From NCBI GenBank assembly GCA_035708865.1, contig DASTFF010000026.1, positions 46,176 to 110,175 on the forward strand: a DNA stretch of 64,000 nt. The letters are read 5' to 3'. Under the pieces are notes generated by a model. It was given only the letters and a program-made list of their open reading frames with translations, made no database searches and was not told the DNA's origin. Positions 1 through 10,313 of this stretch are shown here, in pieces. Made by a program: the position numbers and the translations under genes. Source of the stretch: Gemmatimonadota bacterium (GTDB taxonomy: Bacteria; Gemmatimonadota; Gemmatimonadetes; JACCXV01; JAHWKZ01). The stretch's first letter is position 1. Every line of letters begins with the position of its first letter.

Positions 1-11
1 CGTCACCGTCG

Positions 12-1025
12 TCAGTCCGTGAGCAGGGAGGACGTTCGTTCGAGGAGCGTCGACGCGGTCTCGCTGGCGGGATCGACCAGCAGCATCTCCTCGGCCGCCC
101 GCCGCGCCTCGACCGGCCGGCCGCCCGCCAGGTGCCAGCGGGCGGAGGTCTCGAGGGCCGCCAGCAGCGCGGCCGGGCGGCCGGACCGGCGGGCCGCTTC
201 GGCCCAGGCGTCGAAATCGGCGGCTCCGGCCTGGCCGTCGGCCGCCAGCCGGCGCTGCAGATCGGCAGCGTCGGCCCAGCGCTCCTCAGCGAACGCGCGG
301 GCGGCGGCGGCGCGATCGGGCCCGCCGGGATCGGCGGCTCTCCCGGCCGGCGCCCCGCCGCCCGAAGCGAGCCGCCCCGTACGGGCCGCCGTCTCCAGCG
401 CCTCGACGCGCGTCCGGGCGTGCTCGGCGCCCGAAGGATCCCCGCTGCGGAGGCTGATCTCCAGCGCCTCCCCATACTCCCGCAGGGCGTCCTCGGAGCG
501 ACCCGCCTCGTGCAGGAGCCGGCCCAGCCGTTCGCGGAGGCGGGCGTCCTCGGGAAGGATCCGGACGACCTCCTCGAGCGCCGCCAGGGCCTCCCCCCCG
601 CGCCCCGCCTCCTGGCACTCGTCGGCCACGCTCCGGAGGATCTCCACCGCCTCGGCCCGCATTCCTTTGGCGGCCGTGTAGCGGCCCAGAAGGAGGGCCG
701 CCCGCGGGTCGTCGGGCGCCCCCCGCAGGACCTTGCGGCAGCACGCGACCGCGTTGTTCCACAGCGCGTCGGCCGCGTACGCCTCGGCGGCCCGCAGGTG
801 GTGGTCGGCGGCGAGGACCGGGTCGCCCAGGTCCAGGTAGGCGTCCCCGAGCCCGTTTAGCGCGGCGGCCGGCGGTGACCCCCCGGACGCCTCGGCGCGG
901 CGGATCGCCTCGCGGTACCCGGCCACCGCGCGGTCGGGATCGGCGTGGCGGACCGGGGGCTCGGGGCCGCGGTTCCAGACGGGACTCATGGCTTCAATCT
1001 GCCGCTTCCGGGCCCTCCCATCCAT
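12..1025 (-). CDS. TPR-repeat protein
   Basis: 337-aa ORF with repeated A/L/G-rich helix pairs (LNGLGDAYLDLGDPVLAADHHLRAAEAY, AEAVEILRSVADECQEAG, ALREYGEALEISL) typical of tetratricopeptide repeats. An alternative ATG at 989 (MSPVWNRG) lies just after the hutI stop. Confidence 0.6.
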   Translation of the reverse strand: MDGRARKRQIEAMSPVWNRGPEPPVRHADPDRAVAGYREAIRRAEASGGSPPAAALNGLGDAYLDLGDPVLAADHHLRAAEAYAADALWNNAVACCRKVLRGAPDDPRAALLLGRYTAAKGMRAEAVEILRSVADECQEAGRGGEALAALEEVVRILPEDARLRERLGRLLHEAGRSEDALREYGEALEISLRSGDPSGAEHARTRVEALETAARTGRLASGGGAPAGRAADPGGPDRAAAARAFAEERWADAADLQRRLAADGQAGAADFDAWAEAARRSGRPAALLAALETSARWHLAGGRPVEARRAAEEMLLVDPASETASTLLERTSSLLTD

Positions 1026-2304
1026 GTGGCGGCCGTTCCCGGCCGCCGGGGACCGGACCGATCGGGCGGCCCCCCCGCACCACGGCGGTCACGTGCCCGA
1101 CACCGTAGTGGTAGATCAGGTGCCGGTAGTCGCGGACCGCGAACACGGCCAGATCGCCCGCCGACCCTGGGGCGAGGGTGCCGAGGTCTTCGCGGTCCAG
1201 CGCGCGTGCGCCGCCCCGGGTGACGGCCCGCAGCGCCTCGTCGACCCGCAGCCCCATCAGACAGCACCCGAACGCGGCCATCAGGAGCAGGTTCTGGGTC
1301 ATCGACGAGCCGGGGTTGAAGTCGGTCGCCAGCGCGACGACCGCTCCCGCGTCCACCAGCCTCCGGGCCGGGGCGAAGCGGCCCAAACGCAGGAAGAACG
1401 TCGTTCCCGGCAGGAGCGTCGCCACCGTGGAGCTGCCGGCCAGCGCCTCGATCCCGGCCTCGTCGATCGCCAGCAGGTGGTCGGCGCTGACCGCGCCGAG
1501 CCGGGCCGCCAGCCGCGCGCCGCCCAGGCCGGCGAACTCATCGGCGTGGATCTTGAGGCCGAGCCCGAGCTCCAGCGCCCGCCCGAGGATCGCCTCGGCC
1601 TCGTCGGGGGTGAACGCTCCCTCGTCGCAGAAGACGTCGCAGAAGCGCGCAAGCCCTTCCCCGGCCACCGCCGGCAGCATCTCGTCGACGACGAGGTGCA
1701 CGTAGCCGGCGCGGTCGCCCGCGAACTCCGGCGGGACGGCATGCGCGCCGAGGAAGGTCGGGAGCACCCGCGGGAGGCCTTGGGCCTGATCCAGCCGGCG
1801 CGCGATCCTGAGCGACCGGAGCTCGTCCTCGACGGTAAGGCCATAGCCCGACTTCACCTCGACGGTCGTGACCCCCCACCTGACGGACTCGGCCAGCCGG
1901 ATGGCGGTCAGGGTGAAGAGCTCGTCGTCGCTGCGCTCCCTGAGGTCGCGCACGCTCCACAGGATGCCGCCGCCGGCGGCCGCGATCTCCTGGTAGGTGG
2001 CGCCCGCCAGCCGCCGCTCGAACTCGTGCTCCCGGGTGCCGCCGAAGACGGCGTGCGTGTGGCTGTCCACCAGGCCCGGCAGTACCACCCCGCCGGCGGC
2101 ATCCAGCCGGGCTGACGCGGCCGCCTCGACGGGCGCCTCGGACGCGGGGCCGCGCGCCGCGACCCGCCCGCCCCTTATCCAGACGAACGCATCCTCGACG
2201 ACCTCGGGTGGATCCGAAGGACCGCCGGCCCCGAAGTCGACCAGCTGGCCGATCCCGGTGACGAGGAGGTCCACTCCGGCGGCGCTACCTCCCCGTGCGC
2301 TCAC
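994..2304 (-). CDS. hutI: imidazolonepropionase
   Basis: From GTG 2304 ([17 protein letters not shown]) the product carries amidohydrolase/HutI motifs: [35 protein letters not shown]. The 630-aa track ORF is a read-through into hutU. The GTG overlaps the hutU stop as GTGA at 2301-2304. Confidence 0.9.
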   Translation of the reverse strand: MSARGGSAAGVDLLVTGIGQLVDFGAGGPSDPPEVVEDAFVWIRGGRVAARGPASEAPVEAAASARLDAAGGVVLPGLVDSHTHAVFGGTREHEFERRLAGATYQEIAAAGGGILWSVRDLRERSDDELFTLTAIRLAESVRWGVTTVEVKSGYGLTVEDELRSLRIARRLDQAQGLPRVLPTFLGAHAVPPEFAGDRAGYVHLVVDEMLPAVAGEGLARFCDVFCDEGAFTPDEAEAILGRALELGLGLKIHADEFAGLGGARLAARLGAVSADHLLAIDEAGIEALAGSSTVATLLPGTTFFLRLGRFAPARRLVDAGAVVALATDFNPGSSMTQNLLLMAAFGCCLMGLRVDEALRAVTRGGARALDREDLGTLAPGSAGDLAVFAVRDYRHLIYHYGVGHVTAVVRGGRPIGPVPGGRERPPHGWEGPEAAD

Positions 2305-3965
2305 TCCGCCATCGGGATCCGGATGCCGCGCTCGCGGGCCACCGCCTGCGCCCGCTCGTAGCCGGCGTCGGCGTGGCGGGCGATCCCGAGGCCGGGATCG
2401 TTGGTGAGCACGCGCTCGAGCCTGGCCGCGCCGTCCGCCGTCCCGTCGGCGACCGTCACCTGACCGGCGTGAAGGCTGTTTCCGATGCCAACGCCGCCGC
2501 CGTGGTGGAAGGAGACCCAGGTGGCGCCGCTGACGGCGTTCAGCAGCGCGTTCAGCACCGGCCAGTCGGCAATCGCGTCCGAGCCGTCCAGCATGCCCTC
2601 GGTCTCGCGGAACGGGGACGCCACCGAGCCGGTGTCCAGATGGTCGCGGCCGATCACGACCGGAGCCCCCAGCGTGCCGTCGGCCACCAGCGCGTGAATC
2701 CGCTCGCCGAGCCGCCACCTGTCGCCGTACCCGAGCCAGCAGATCCGCGCCGGGAGACCTTGGAAGGCGACCCGCTCCGAGGCCAGGCGGATCCAGCGCT
2801 GGAGCGCCTCGTCCTCCGGAAACAGCTCCCCGATCGCCGCGTCGATGGCGGCGATGTCGGCGGGGTTCCCCGACAGCGCGGCCCACCGGAACGGGCCCTT
2901 TCCCTCGCAGAACAGGGGGCGGATGTACTCGGGCACGAAGCCCGGGATCTCGAACGCGTCCGCGACGCCGGCGTCGCGCGCCTGGCCGCGCAGGTTGTTG
3001 CCGTAATCGAAGGCCACCGAGCCCGCCGCCCGCAGGTCGAGGATCCCCCGACAGTGCCGGGCCATCGACTCCATCGACCGCCGGACGTACGCGTCCGGAT
3101 CTTCGGCCCGCAGGGCGAGCGCCGCCTCGAGCGACAGGCCCGCGGGCACATACCCCTCCAGCGCGTCATGGGCGCTCGTCTGGTCGGTCACGACGTCCGG
3201 GACGATCCCCCGGCGTGCGATCTCGGGAACCACGTCGGCGCAGTTGCCGACCAGCCCGACGGACACGGCCTCGCCCTTCCGTGCGGCGTCGATGACGCGC
3301 CGGAGAGCGGTGTCCAGATCCGTGGCGACCTCGTCCAGATAGCGCGTGGCGACCCGCCGCTCGAGGCGCCGGGGATCGACCTCCACGACCAGGCACGCGG
3401 CCTCGCTCATGGTGGCCGCCAGCGGCTGCGCCCCGCCCATCCCGCCGCAGCCCCCGGTCAGGACCCAGCGGCCGCGCAGCGAGCCGCCGAAGTGCTTGCG
3501 GGCGAGGGCCGACAACGTCTCGTAGGTGCCCTGCACGATGCCCTGAGAGCCGATGTAGATCCAGGAGCCAGCGGTCATCTGGCCGTACATGGTGAGGCCG
3601 AGGGCCTCGAGCCGGCGGAACTCATCGGCCGTCGCCCACCGCGGCACCAGGTTCGCGTTGGCGATCAGGACACGGGGCGCCCCCGGATGCGTCCGGAACA
3701 CGCCCACCGGCTTGCCGCTCTGGACGCACAGGGTCTCGTCGCCACCGAGCTCGCGAAGGCACGCGACCAGCGCCTCGAAGGCGTCCCGGTCGCGGGCCGC
3801 CTTCCCCGACCCGCCATAGACGATGAGTCTGTCGGGATCCTCGGCGACCTCCGGATCGAGGTTGTTCATGAGCATCCGCAGAGCGGCTTCCTGTCCCCAC
3901 CCGCGGCACTGGAGCCGGGTCCCGCGCGGGGCGCGGACGGGCGTCGGGACCGTCATCGTCGGCAT
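2301..3965 (-). CDS. hutU: urocanate hydratase
   Basis: 554 aa with full-length urocanase signature: [71 protein letters not shown]. Confidence 0.95.
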   Translation of the reverse strand: MPTMTVPTPVRAPRGTRLQCRGWGQEAALRMLMNNLDPEVAEDPDRLIVYGGSGKAARDRDAFEALVACLRELGGDETLCVQSGKPVGVFRTHPGAPRVLIANANLVPRWATADEFRRLEALGLTMYGQMTAGSWIYIGSQGIVQGTYETLSALARKHFGGSLRGRWVLTGGCGGMGGAQPLAATMSEAACLVVEVDPRRLERRVATRYLDEVATDLDTALRRVIDAARKGEAVSVGLVGNCADVVPEIARRGIVPDVVTDQTSAHDALEGYVPAGLSLEAALALRAEDPDAYVRRSMESMARHCRGILDLRAAGSVAFDYGNNLRGQARDAGVADAFEIPGFVPEYIRPLFCEGKGPFRWAALSGNPADIAAIDAAIGELFPEDEALQRWIRLASERVAFQGLPARICWLGYGDRWRLGERIHALVADGTLGAPVVIGRDHLDTGSVASPFRETEGMLDGSDAIADWPVLNALLNAVSGATWVSFHHGGGVGIGNSLHAGQVTVADGTADGAARLERVLTNDPGLGIARHADAGYERAQAVARERGIRIPMAE

Positions 3966-4005
3966 CGCGTCTCCTCCTCCGAACGGCCGCCGTCCACCCC
4001 GGCCG

Positions 4006-5061
4006 TCAGCTCAGCACGATCGACGGACCCGACCGGGGGCGGACGGCTCCGATCCGGCATGCCGCGACGCCCGCGTCCTCCAGCCGTCCGAGGAGCTCCT
4101 CCTCGCCACCTTCCGGAACCGCCAGCAGCAACCCGCCGCTGGTCTGCGGATCGAAGACGATCCGGAGCAGGGCCTCGGACGGGGCCCCGCCGACCTCGAC
4201 CCGGGGTCCGAAGAAGGCACGGTTCTTCTCGCCGCCGCCCGGGACGTGGCCGGCCTCCGCCAGCCGGAGAGCGCCCGGCAGGAGCGGCAGCGCATCCGCC
4301 TCGATCTCGACCGTGACGCCGCTCGCGTCGGCGAGCTGGGAGGCGTGGCCCGCCAGGCCGAAGCCGGTCACGTCGGTGGCCGAGCGCACGCCGGCGCGCA
4401 GCGCCTCGCGGGCGGCCGGCCCGTTCAGGGCCTTCATCGACCGGACCGCCGGGGCGAGCTCGTCGGCGTCGATCGCCCCGCGCTTGAGCGCCGTCGTCAG
4501 GACGCCCGTTCCCAGCGGCTTGGTGAGGACGAGGACGTCGCCCGGGGCCGCCCGGGCGTTGGTCAGGAGCCGCTCGGGGTGGACGGTCCCGGTGACCGCG
4601 AGCCCGTATTTCAGCTCCTCGTCCTGGACCGAGTGGCCACCGATGATGCGGCAGCCCGCCTCGAGCGCCTTTTCGGAGCCGCCGGCCAGGATCGCACCCA
4701 GGATCTCGGGCTCGAGGCCCGCCGGCGGCCAGCACACGAGCGCCAGAGCCGTCCGCGGGGTCCCGCCCATGGCGTAGACGTCCGAGAGCGCGTTGGCGGC
4801 GGCGATCTGGCCGTAGTCGTAGGGGTCGTCGACGATCGGCGTGAAGAAGTCGACGGTCTGGACCAGCGCCAGCTCATCGCTCAGCCGGTACACCCCGGCG
4901 TCGTCGTACGTGTCGGTGCCGACGAGCACGTCGGGGTCGGGATCGAGCCACGGCATCCCGCTCAGCGCGCGCCGCAGCTCCGCCGGGGCCAGCTTCGAGG
5001 CGCAGCCCGCGCAGCGGACCTTCTCGGTCAGCCGGATCGTCTTGTCGCCTGCGATCGTCAC
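4006..5061 (-). CDS. selD: selenide, water dikinase (selenophosphate synthetase), Cys-type
   Basis: 351 aa with a GTG start. N-terminal [16 protein letters not shown] aligns with the SelD G(U/C)xxK active site. AIR-synthase-like fold motifs follow: [35 protein letters not shown]. Confidence 0.9.
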   Translation of the reverse strand: MTIAGDKTIRLTEKVRCAGCASKLAPAELRRALSGMPWLDPDPDVLVGTDTYDDAGVYRLSDELALVQTVDFFTPIVDDPYDYGQIAAANALSDVYAMGGTPRTALALVCWPPAGLEPEILGAILAGGSEKALEAGCRIIGGHSVQDEELKYGLAVTGTVHPERLLTNARAAPGDVLVLTKPLGTGVLTTALKRGAIDADELAPAVRSMKALNGPAAREALRAGVRSATDVTGFGLAGHASQLADASGVTVEIEADALPLLPGALRLAEAGHVPGGGEKNRAFFGPRVEVGGAPSEALLRIVFDPQTSGGLLLAVPEGGEEELLGRLEDAGVAACRIGAVRPRSGPSIVLS

Positions 5062-5116
5062 CGAATCGAATATCGCCTGTCCGGCCGCATCCGGTCAGGT
5101 GCGGGGTCGGCGGGGG

Positions 5117-5506
5117 TCACTCCGCGCGCAGCGCCAGCGCCTCGATCTCCACCAGGGCGGCCTTCGGCAGCCCCGCCACCTGGACGGTCGAGCGCGCCGG
5201 CAGGACGTCGCCCAGCATCTCCGCGTAGACGGCGTTGAAGGCGGCGAAGTCCCCCATGTCGCGCAGGAACACGGTCGTCTTCACGATCCGCTCCATCCCG
5301 CAGCCGGCCGCCTCGAGGATGGCGCGGATGTTCTCCAGGGCCCGTGCCGTCTGGGCCTCGATCGTGTCGGCGAGCTCCCCCGTCACCGGATCGAGCCCGA
5401 TCTGGCCGGCCGTGAAGACCCATGGACCCGCCTCGATCCCCTGGCTGTAGGGCCCGATCGCCCCCGGCGCCTCGTCGGTGCGGATGATGCGCTTCTCCAT
5501 ATCCAT
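5117..5506 (-). CDS. ridA: RidA/YjgF family reactive-intermediate deaminase
   Basis: 129 aa: APGAIGPYSQG, FTAGQIGLDP, KTTVFLRDMGDFAAFNAVY, PARSTVQVAGLPKAALVEIEA. Confidence 0.9.
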   Translation of the reverse strand: MDMEKRIIRTDEAPGAIGPYSQGIEAGPWVFTAGQIGLDPVTGELADTIEAQTARALENIRAILEAAGCGMERIVKTTVFLRDMGDFAAFNAVYAEMLGDVLPARSTVQVAGLPKAALVEIEALALRAE

Positions 5507-5580
5507 TTTCCTCCTCGGGACGCGTCCGGATGACGAGCGGGCGGGGCGAAGCTAGGAACGGCCGTACCCCCGATCAAGGC

Positions 5581-6642
5581 TCATGCCTCCAGACGTTCGC
5601 CCTCGAGCCGGATCATCGAGCGCACGAGAAACAGCAGGACCAGGTTGCCGGTGAGCTCGACCAGGGCGGCGAACTGCTCGGCGTAGAAGCTGAACACCTG
5701 GACGAGCAGGATCGAGACGAGGATCGCCCGCTCGAACATCTGATAGGCCGCCATCCGCTGCCGACGGACCACCCTCGCCACTCCCAGCAGGACGAACACC
5801 CCCGAGACGCCGCTGGCCACAAGCTGGGCGATCTCGAGTCCCGACAGATCGCGCGTCCGCTCGACCAGCCATCCAACCAGACGCCAGTCGAGGATCGCCT
5901 CCAGCGACGCGCCGAACGAGTACACGAGGACAGCGCCCACCAGGAGCTTCAGCGCCAGCTGGCCGACGAAGACGAGGATGACGGCCCGGTCGAACCACGG
6001 CAGCCGGATCGTCCGCCGGTAGAGATACCGGAGACGCTCGCGGGCGCGCGTGACCGCCGTCACCCGGGACGGCAGGAGCTTGACGTCCTGAAGCGTGGCT
6101 TTCAGCCCGGCGACCAGCGGGTGGTCGGGGTCGGAGCCTTCGAGATACGAGAGCGCGCGCTCCGCTTCGGCCTCGTCCAGATCGTGCCGCGCCAGGTCTT
6201 CCATCTGATGCAGCGCGTTCAGCAGGTACTCGAGCTCCGTGAGCTCGCGGCGCCCGCGGATCAGATGGGCGGTCAGGAGCAGTGCCACGAAGGTGATGTA
6301 CATGATCGCCACGGCGGGCTCATAGAAGTAGTCGCTGTCGCGGGTCACGAACTTCCCCACCTCGTCGATGAACGCGCCGAACCCCGCGCCGCCCAGCACG
6401 GCGGCGACCCGCAACCGCGTCTTTCCGAGAAAGACGAAGAGCAGGACGAAGGCCGCCAGCATGAACAGCCCGCCCCACAGAAGGTGCGCGATGTGGAGCT
6501 CGGGACCGCCGATCTGCGGGTAGCCGGTGAGGTGCAGGAAGAGCCGGATGGAGAGGATCGCGGTGATCGCCGACACCACGAACACCTCGAGATGGTCCTG
6601 GCCGTCGATGTTGCGGAGCAGGCTCCGGCGGCGAGCGCTCAC
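5581..6642 (-). CDS. integral membrane protein, function unknown
   Basis: 353 aa with several hydrophobic helices at both ends and a charged central segment; good GC3 periodicity. The GTG start overlaps the tatD stop as GTGA at 6639-6642. I recognise no family. Confidence 0.6.
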   Translation of the reverse strand: MSARRRSLLRNIDGQDHLEVFVVSAITAILSIRLFLHLTGYPQIGGPELHIAHLLWGGLFMLAAFVLLFVFLGKTRLRVAAVLGGAGFGAFIDEVGKFVTRDSDYFYEPAVAIMYITFVALLLTAHLIRGRRELTELEYLLNALHQMEDLARHDLDEAEAERALSYLEGSDPDHPLVAGLKATLQDVKLLPSRVTAVTRARERLRYLYRRTIRLPWFDRAVILVFVGQLALKLLVGAVLVYSFGASLEAILDWRLVGWLVERTRDLSGLEIAQLVASGVSGVFVLLGVARVVRRQRMAAYQMFERAILVSILLVQVFSFYAEQFAALVELTGNLVLLFLVRSMIRLEGERLEA

Positions 6643-7442
6643 GCCTCCGGCTCCAACGCCTCGGGCATCCCGTAGAAGCGCCGGGCGTTGGCCCTCGTGA
6701 GCGCACCCATGGCCGTTCCGTCGACACCGTGGATCAGGGCCAGCCGCTCGATCGTCTCGGCCACGAAGGCGGGCTCGTTGCGCTTGCCACGATGAGGAAC
6801 GGGGGCCAGGTAGGGTGCATCCGTCTCGGCCAGGAGACGGTCGGGCGGAACTCTTGCGACCAGGCTCTCGGCGGGAAACGAGCGGAAAGTCACCATGCCG
6901 GAGAAGGAGACGTAGGTGCCGGCCTCGATCGCCCGGTCGAGCATGGCGATGCTTCCGCTGAAGGAGTGCAGGACCACCCGCTCCGGTGCGATCCCCGACC
7001 CCTCGACGAGCTCGAGCGTCTCGTCGTCCGCCTCCCGGGAATGGACCACCACCGGGAGGTCGCGCTCGATCGCCAGCGCGAGCTGCTCGGCGAACGCCTT
7101 TCGCTGGTCGTCGCGGGGGCTGTGGTCGTAGTGGAAGTCGAGGCCGGTCTCCCCGACCGCCGCCGCCCCGGCGTCGAGGAGAGCCTCCAGCCTGCGTCGC
7201 GTGGGCGCGCTCCAGCGTCCGGCGGCGTGGGGGTGCAGCCCGGCCGTCCAGACCAGATGCGGGCCTTCACGGGCCTCCGTGGCCAGGCCGCGCGCCGACT
7301 CGGCGGTCTCGGGATCCGAGGCGATGACCGCAATCTCGCCGATCCCCGCTTCGAGGGCCCGGGCCAGGACGTCCCACCGGTCGTCGTCGAACGCGGGGTC
7401 CTGCAGGTGGCAGTGGCTGTCGAAGAGCCGCGGCGTCGCCAC
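6639..7442 (-). CDS. tatD: TatD-family metal-dependent hydrolase
   Basis: FDSHCHL, GLHPH, GETGLDFHY, VVHSREA, LHSFSG, LAETDAPYL. Start set at GTG 7442 (VATPRLFDSHCH), just downstream of the secF stop. The longer track ORF overlaps secF. Confidence 0.85.
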   Translation of the reverse strand: MATPRLFDSHCHLQDPAFDDDRWDVLARALEAGIGEIAVIASDPETAESARGLATEAREGPHLVWTAGLHPHAAGRWSAPTRRRLEALLDAGAAAVGETGLDFHYDHSPRDDQRKAFAEQLALAIERDLPVVVHSREADDETLELVEGSGIAPERVVLHSFSGSIAMLDRAIEAGTYVSFSGMVTFRSFPAESLVARVPPDRLLAETDAPYLAPVPHRGKRNEPAFVAETIERLALIHGVDGTAMGALTRANARRFYGMPEALEPEA

Positions 7443-7450
7443 CGGGCCCC

Positions 7451-8410
7451 CTAGGCGGGCTGCTTGCGCTTTCTGGAAGGCTTCCGCGGCGCCGCCGCCT
7501 CCCGGCGGTCCTCGATGTGGTGCTTCCACTCGATCACCAGCGGCGCGCCGACGAAGATCGACGAGTACGTCCCGATCAGGATCCCGACGATGAGCGCGAA
7601 CGCGAAGTCGTGGATAACCTCGCCGCCCATGAAGAACAGGAAGAACAGCACGACCAGCGTCATCCCGCCGGTCAGGATGGTGCGCGAGAGGGTCCGGTTG
7701 ACGGCTCGGTTCACGATCTCCACGAATGGCTCCCGCCGCGTCGACTTCAGGTCTTCACGGATCCGGTCGAAGACCACGATCGTGTCGTTGAGCGAGTAGC
7801 CCACGATGGTCAGGAACGCGGCCACGACCGCGAGCGAGATCTCCTTGCCGGTCATGGAGAAGACCCCGACCGAGAGGACGATGTCGTGAGCCGTCGCCAG
7901 GATGGCGGCGACCCCGAACTTGAAGTCGAAGCGGACGGCGACGTAGACCAGAATGAACCCCATCGCGTAGAGGATCGCCATAATGGCGTCGCGCTTCAGC
8001 TCCTGTCCGATCTTGGGGCCCACCGCCTCGCTGCGGACGACGGAGAATGAGCGTCCCTCGAGGGCGGGTGTCTGGCGCAGGTGTGCCTCGATGCGGCGTG
8101 CGAACTCTTCCTCCTCGCCCGGCGGGACCTGCGCCCGCACGACGACGTCGGTCGGGTTGCCAAAATGCTGCACCTCGCTCGATTCGAGGCCGGGCATCTC
8201 GGCCAGGGCGCTGCGCAGCGTCTGCGCCTCGATCGGCTGCTCGAAGTCGAGCTGAACGAGCGACCCTCCGGTGAAGTCGATCGAGTACTCGAGACCGCCG
8301 CGCGCGGCGATCAGGATCACGGTCGCCAGGATCAGCACCCCGGACAGGATGTACCCCCACCGGCGGTACTCCATGAACGGATAGTTGGCGTCACGGAACA
8401 GCCAGATCAT
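7451..8410 (-). CDS. secF: protein translocase subunit SecF
   Basis: 319 aa: GLEYSIDFTGGSLVQL, then the SecD/F transmembrane core (IVGYSLNDTIVVFDRIRE). Confidence 0.9.
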   Translation of the reverse strand: MIWLFRDANYPFMEYRRWGYILSGVLILATVILIAARGGLEYSIDFTGGSLVQLDFEQPIEAQTLRSALAEMPGLESSEVQHFGNPTDVVVRAQVPPGEEEEFARRIEAHLRQTPALEGRSFSVVRSEAVGPKIGQELKRDAIMAILYAMGFILVYVAVRFDFKFGVAAILATAHDIVLSVGVFSMTGKEISLAVVAAFLTIVGYSLNDTIVVFDRIREDLKSTRREPFVEIVNRAVNRTLSRTILTGGMTLVVLFFLFFMGGEVIHDFAFALIVGILIGTYSSIFVGAPLVIEWKHHIEDRREAAAPRKPSRKRKQPA

Positions 8411-8416
8411 GGGTCC

Positions 8417-10174
8417 TCAGATGCTCAGGGTGCTTGGAGAGCGGTAGCGGCTCCAGGTCTCGAAGATCGTGCGCGTCACGAACACGGCCGTGAAGATCGA
8501 GCTGATGATCCCGATCGTCAGCACGACCGCGAATCCCTTGACCGGGCCGGTGCCGAACTGGAACAGCACGGCCGCCGCGATCAGGGTCGTGATCTGGGAG
8601 TCGAGGATCGTCACCAGGGCCCGGTCGTAGCCGACGTCGATGGCGGCGCGAACCGACTTCCCGAGCGCCAGCTCTTCGCGAACGCGCTCGAACACGAGGA
8701 CGTTGGCGTCGACCGACATGCCGACCGTCAACAGGAGCCCCGCGATGCCCGGGAGCGTGAGCGTGGCGCCGAATGCCCCGAGAGCGGCCAGGATCAGGAT
8801 GAAGTTGAGGGCCAGGCCGACGTTGGCCACCACCCCCGAGAGCCGGTAGTACAGGATGATCAGAAGCCCCACCGCCAGCAGCCCGATCCACCCCGATCGC
8901 CAGCCCGATGCGATGGAGTCGGCGCCCAGCGACGGCCCTACCGTCCGTTCCTCGATGATCTCTAGCGGCGCCGGCAGCGCCCCGGCGCGCAGCACGATCG
9001 CGATGTCGCGCGCCTCCTCGACCGAGTCGAAGCCCTCGATCTGCGCGTTCCCGCCGGTGATCCGCTGCCGGATATTGGGGGCCATCCGGACCACTTCGTC
9101 GAGGACGATCGCCATGCGTTGCCCGACGTGCCGGCCGGTCACGTCGGCGAACCGGCGCGCGCCCTCGTCGGTCAGGCGGAGGGTCACGATGGGCTGGTTC
9201 ATCTGCTGAGGGTCGAAGCCGGCGGCGGCGGTGGCGATGGTCTCGCCGGTCATCTCCGCCTCCCCCTCGACCAGGTAGAGCCGACGATAGCTGCGGCCGT
9301 CGGCGAACGTGGTCGGGTCGCCCGACCAATGCCATTCGTGGGCGGCCCCGACCGCCTGGACGGCCGCCGGATCGGCCAGCATTGCCCGCACCCGCTCGAC
9401 CTCGGTCTCGTCGACGAGCAGGTCGAACGCCTCGGCCCCGACCTGCTCGGTCTGGAGGAGTGAGGAGAGGGGGCGCTCGCTGTCCAGCAGCGCCGTGGCC
9501 GGCCCCTCCTCCGTCTGTCCGAGGAACTCGCCCAGGGAGGTCGAACCCGCGGTGTCCTGCCCGGCGGCGGAGAGGGTGCCGGTCGCCGGTCCGGCGGAAG
9601 CGTCCAGGCTGTCCGCGCCGGTGGTGTCCGACGGCGCGACCTCCGCACCGTCCGGCGGTGAATCGGCGCCGCTGATGGAGCGTCCGGCGAGGGCGGCGTC
9701 GACGGCACGGAGCCGGTCGGTCAGCTCCCGGCCGTCGACCACCATCTGGAACTCGAGGAAGGCGGTCCGCTGGACCAGCTCCTTGGCGCGCTCCTGATCC
9801 TGGATGCCGGGCAACTCGACGATGATCCGCTCGTCACCCACCTTCTGGATCAACGGCTCGGAGACGCCGAACTGGTCGACCCGGTTTCGGATGATCTCGA
9901 GCGCCCGGTCGATCGCGTCCCGGCGCTCCTCCTCGGCGAGCGACTGTCCGCTCTCGTCGAGCTCGAGAACGAGGTGCATCCCTCCCTGGAGGTCGAGGCC
10001 GAGCTGGATGGCGCGGGACTTCAGGCCGTCCCAGGCGGCTGGATCCTCTCGCTCGAGCGCCTGCCGCGCCTGCGGGGACATCGAGTACAGGCGGACGGTC
10101 GGCCACAGATACCATGCCGCGGCGACAAGGGAGATCGCGACGATCGCCCAGCGTATCCTCAGGTCATGACGCAT
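8417..10174 (-). CDS. secD: protein translocase subunit SecD
   Basis: 585 aa: LGLDLQGGMHLVLE, a large periplasmic domain, and a C-terminal core (GMSVDANVLVFERVREE). Confidence 0.9.
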   Translation of the reverse strand: MRHDLRIRWAIVAISLVAAAWYLWPTVRLYSMSPQARQALEREDPAAWDGLKSRAIQLGLDLQGGMHLVLELDESGQSLAEEERRDAIDRALEIIRNRVDQFGVSEPLIQKVGDERIIVELPGIQDQERAKELVQRTAFLEFQMVVDGRELTDRLRAVDAALAGRSISGADSPPDGAEVAPSDTTGADSLDASAGPATGTLSAAGQDTAGSTSLGEFLGQTEEGPATALLDSERPLSSLLQTEQVGAEAFDLLVDETEVERVRAMLADPAAVQAVGAAHEWHWSGDPTTFADGRSYRRLYLVEGEAEMTGETIATAAAGFDPQQMNQPIVTLRLTDEGARRFADVTGRHVGQRMAIVLDEVVRMAPNIRQRITGGNAQIEGFDSVEEARDIAIVLRAGALPAPLEIIEERTVGPSLGADSIASGWRSGWIGLLAVGLLIILYYRLSGVVANVGLALNFILILAALGAFGATLTLPGIAGLLLTVGMSVDANVLVFERVREELALGKSVRAAIDVGYDRALVTILDSQITTLIAAAVLFQFGTGPVKGFAVVLTIGIISSIFTAVFVTRTIFETWSRYRSPSTLSI

Positions 10175-10245
10175 TCGGTCGGCTCGGGGATCCGCTCCGG
10201 TCCCCGTCAGGGCAGGTCGTTCCAGTCAATGGACGGAAAAGAACC

Positions 10246-10274
10246 AAGTTAGGTACCCCCACGATCGTCGTCAA
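10246..10274 (-). promoter_or_regulatory. sigma70-like promoter upstream of secD (TTGACG-N17-TAACTT)
   Basis: Minus strand reads TTGACG acgatcgtgggggtacc TAACTT, about 70 nt upstream of the secD start. The same -35 hexamer and 17-nt spacer recur at three other intergenic sites. Confidence 0.5.
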
Positions 10275-10313
10275 ACGTCCGGTGCGGTGCTCTGGAGCAT
10301 CCCGCACTGGGCG

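Noticed and set aside
994-2886. Very long N-terminal extensions of real genes in the track, such as hutI at 630 aa, the barrel protein at 622 aa, aroA at 672 aa, aroC at 659 aa, glmS at 754 aa and the mutase at 816 aa.
   Set aside because: The extensions overlap the upstream gene in another frame and are arginine-rich low complexity. Homology begins exactly at an internal start that overlaps the upstream stop (NTGA).
2295-4316. 673-aa plus-strand ORF covering hutU and selD. The same applies to 35710-37719, 47820-50429, 56923-59028, 57831-59369 and many others in the track.
   Set aside because: These are antisense or out-of-frame shadows, typical of high-GC DNA. Their products are R/P/G/A-rich low-complexity sequence with no family motifs. 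The opposite strand encodes full-length, well-recognised proteins with proper GC3 periodicity.
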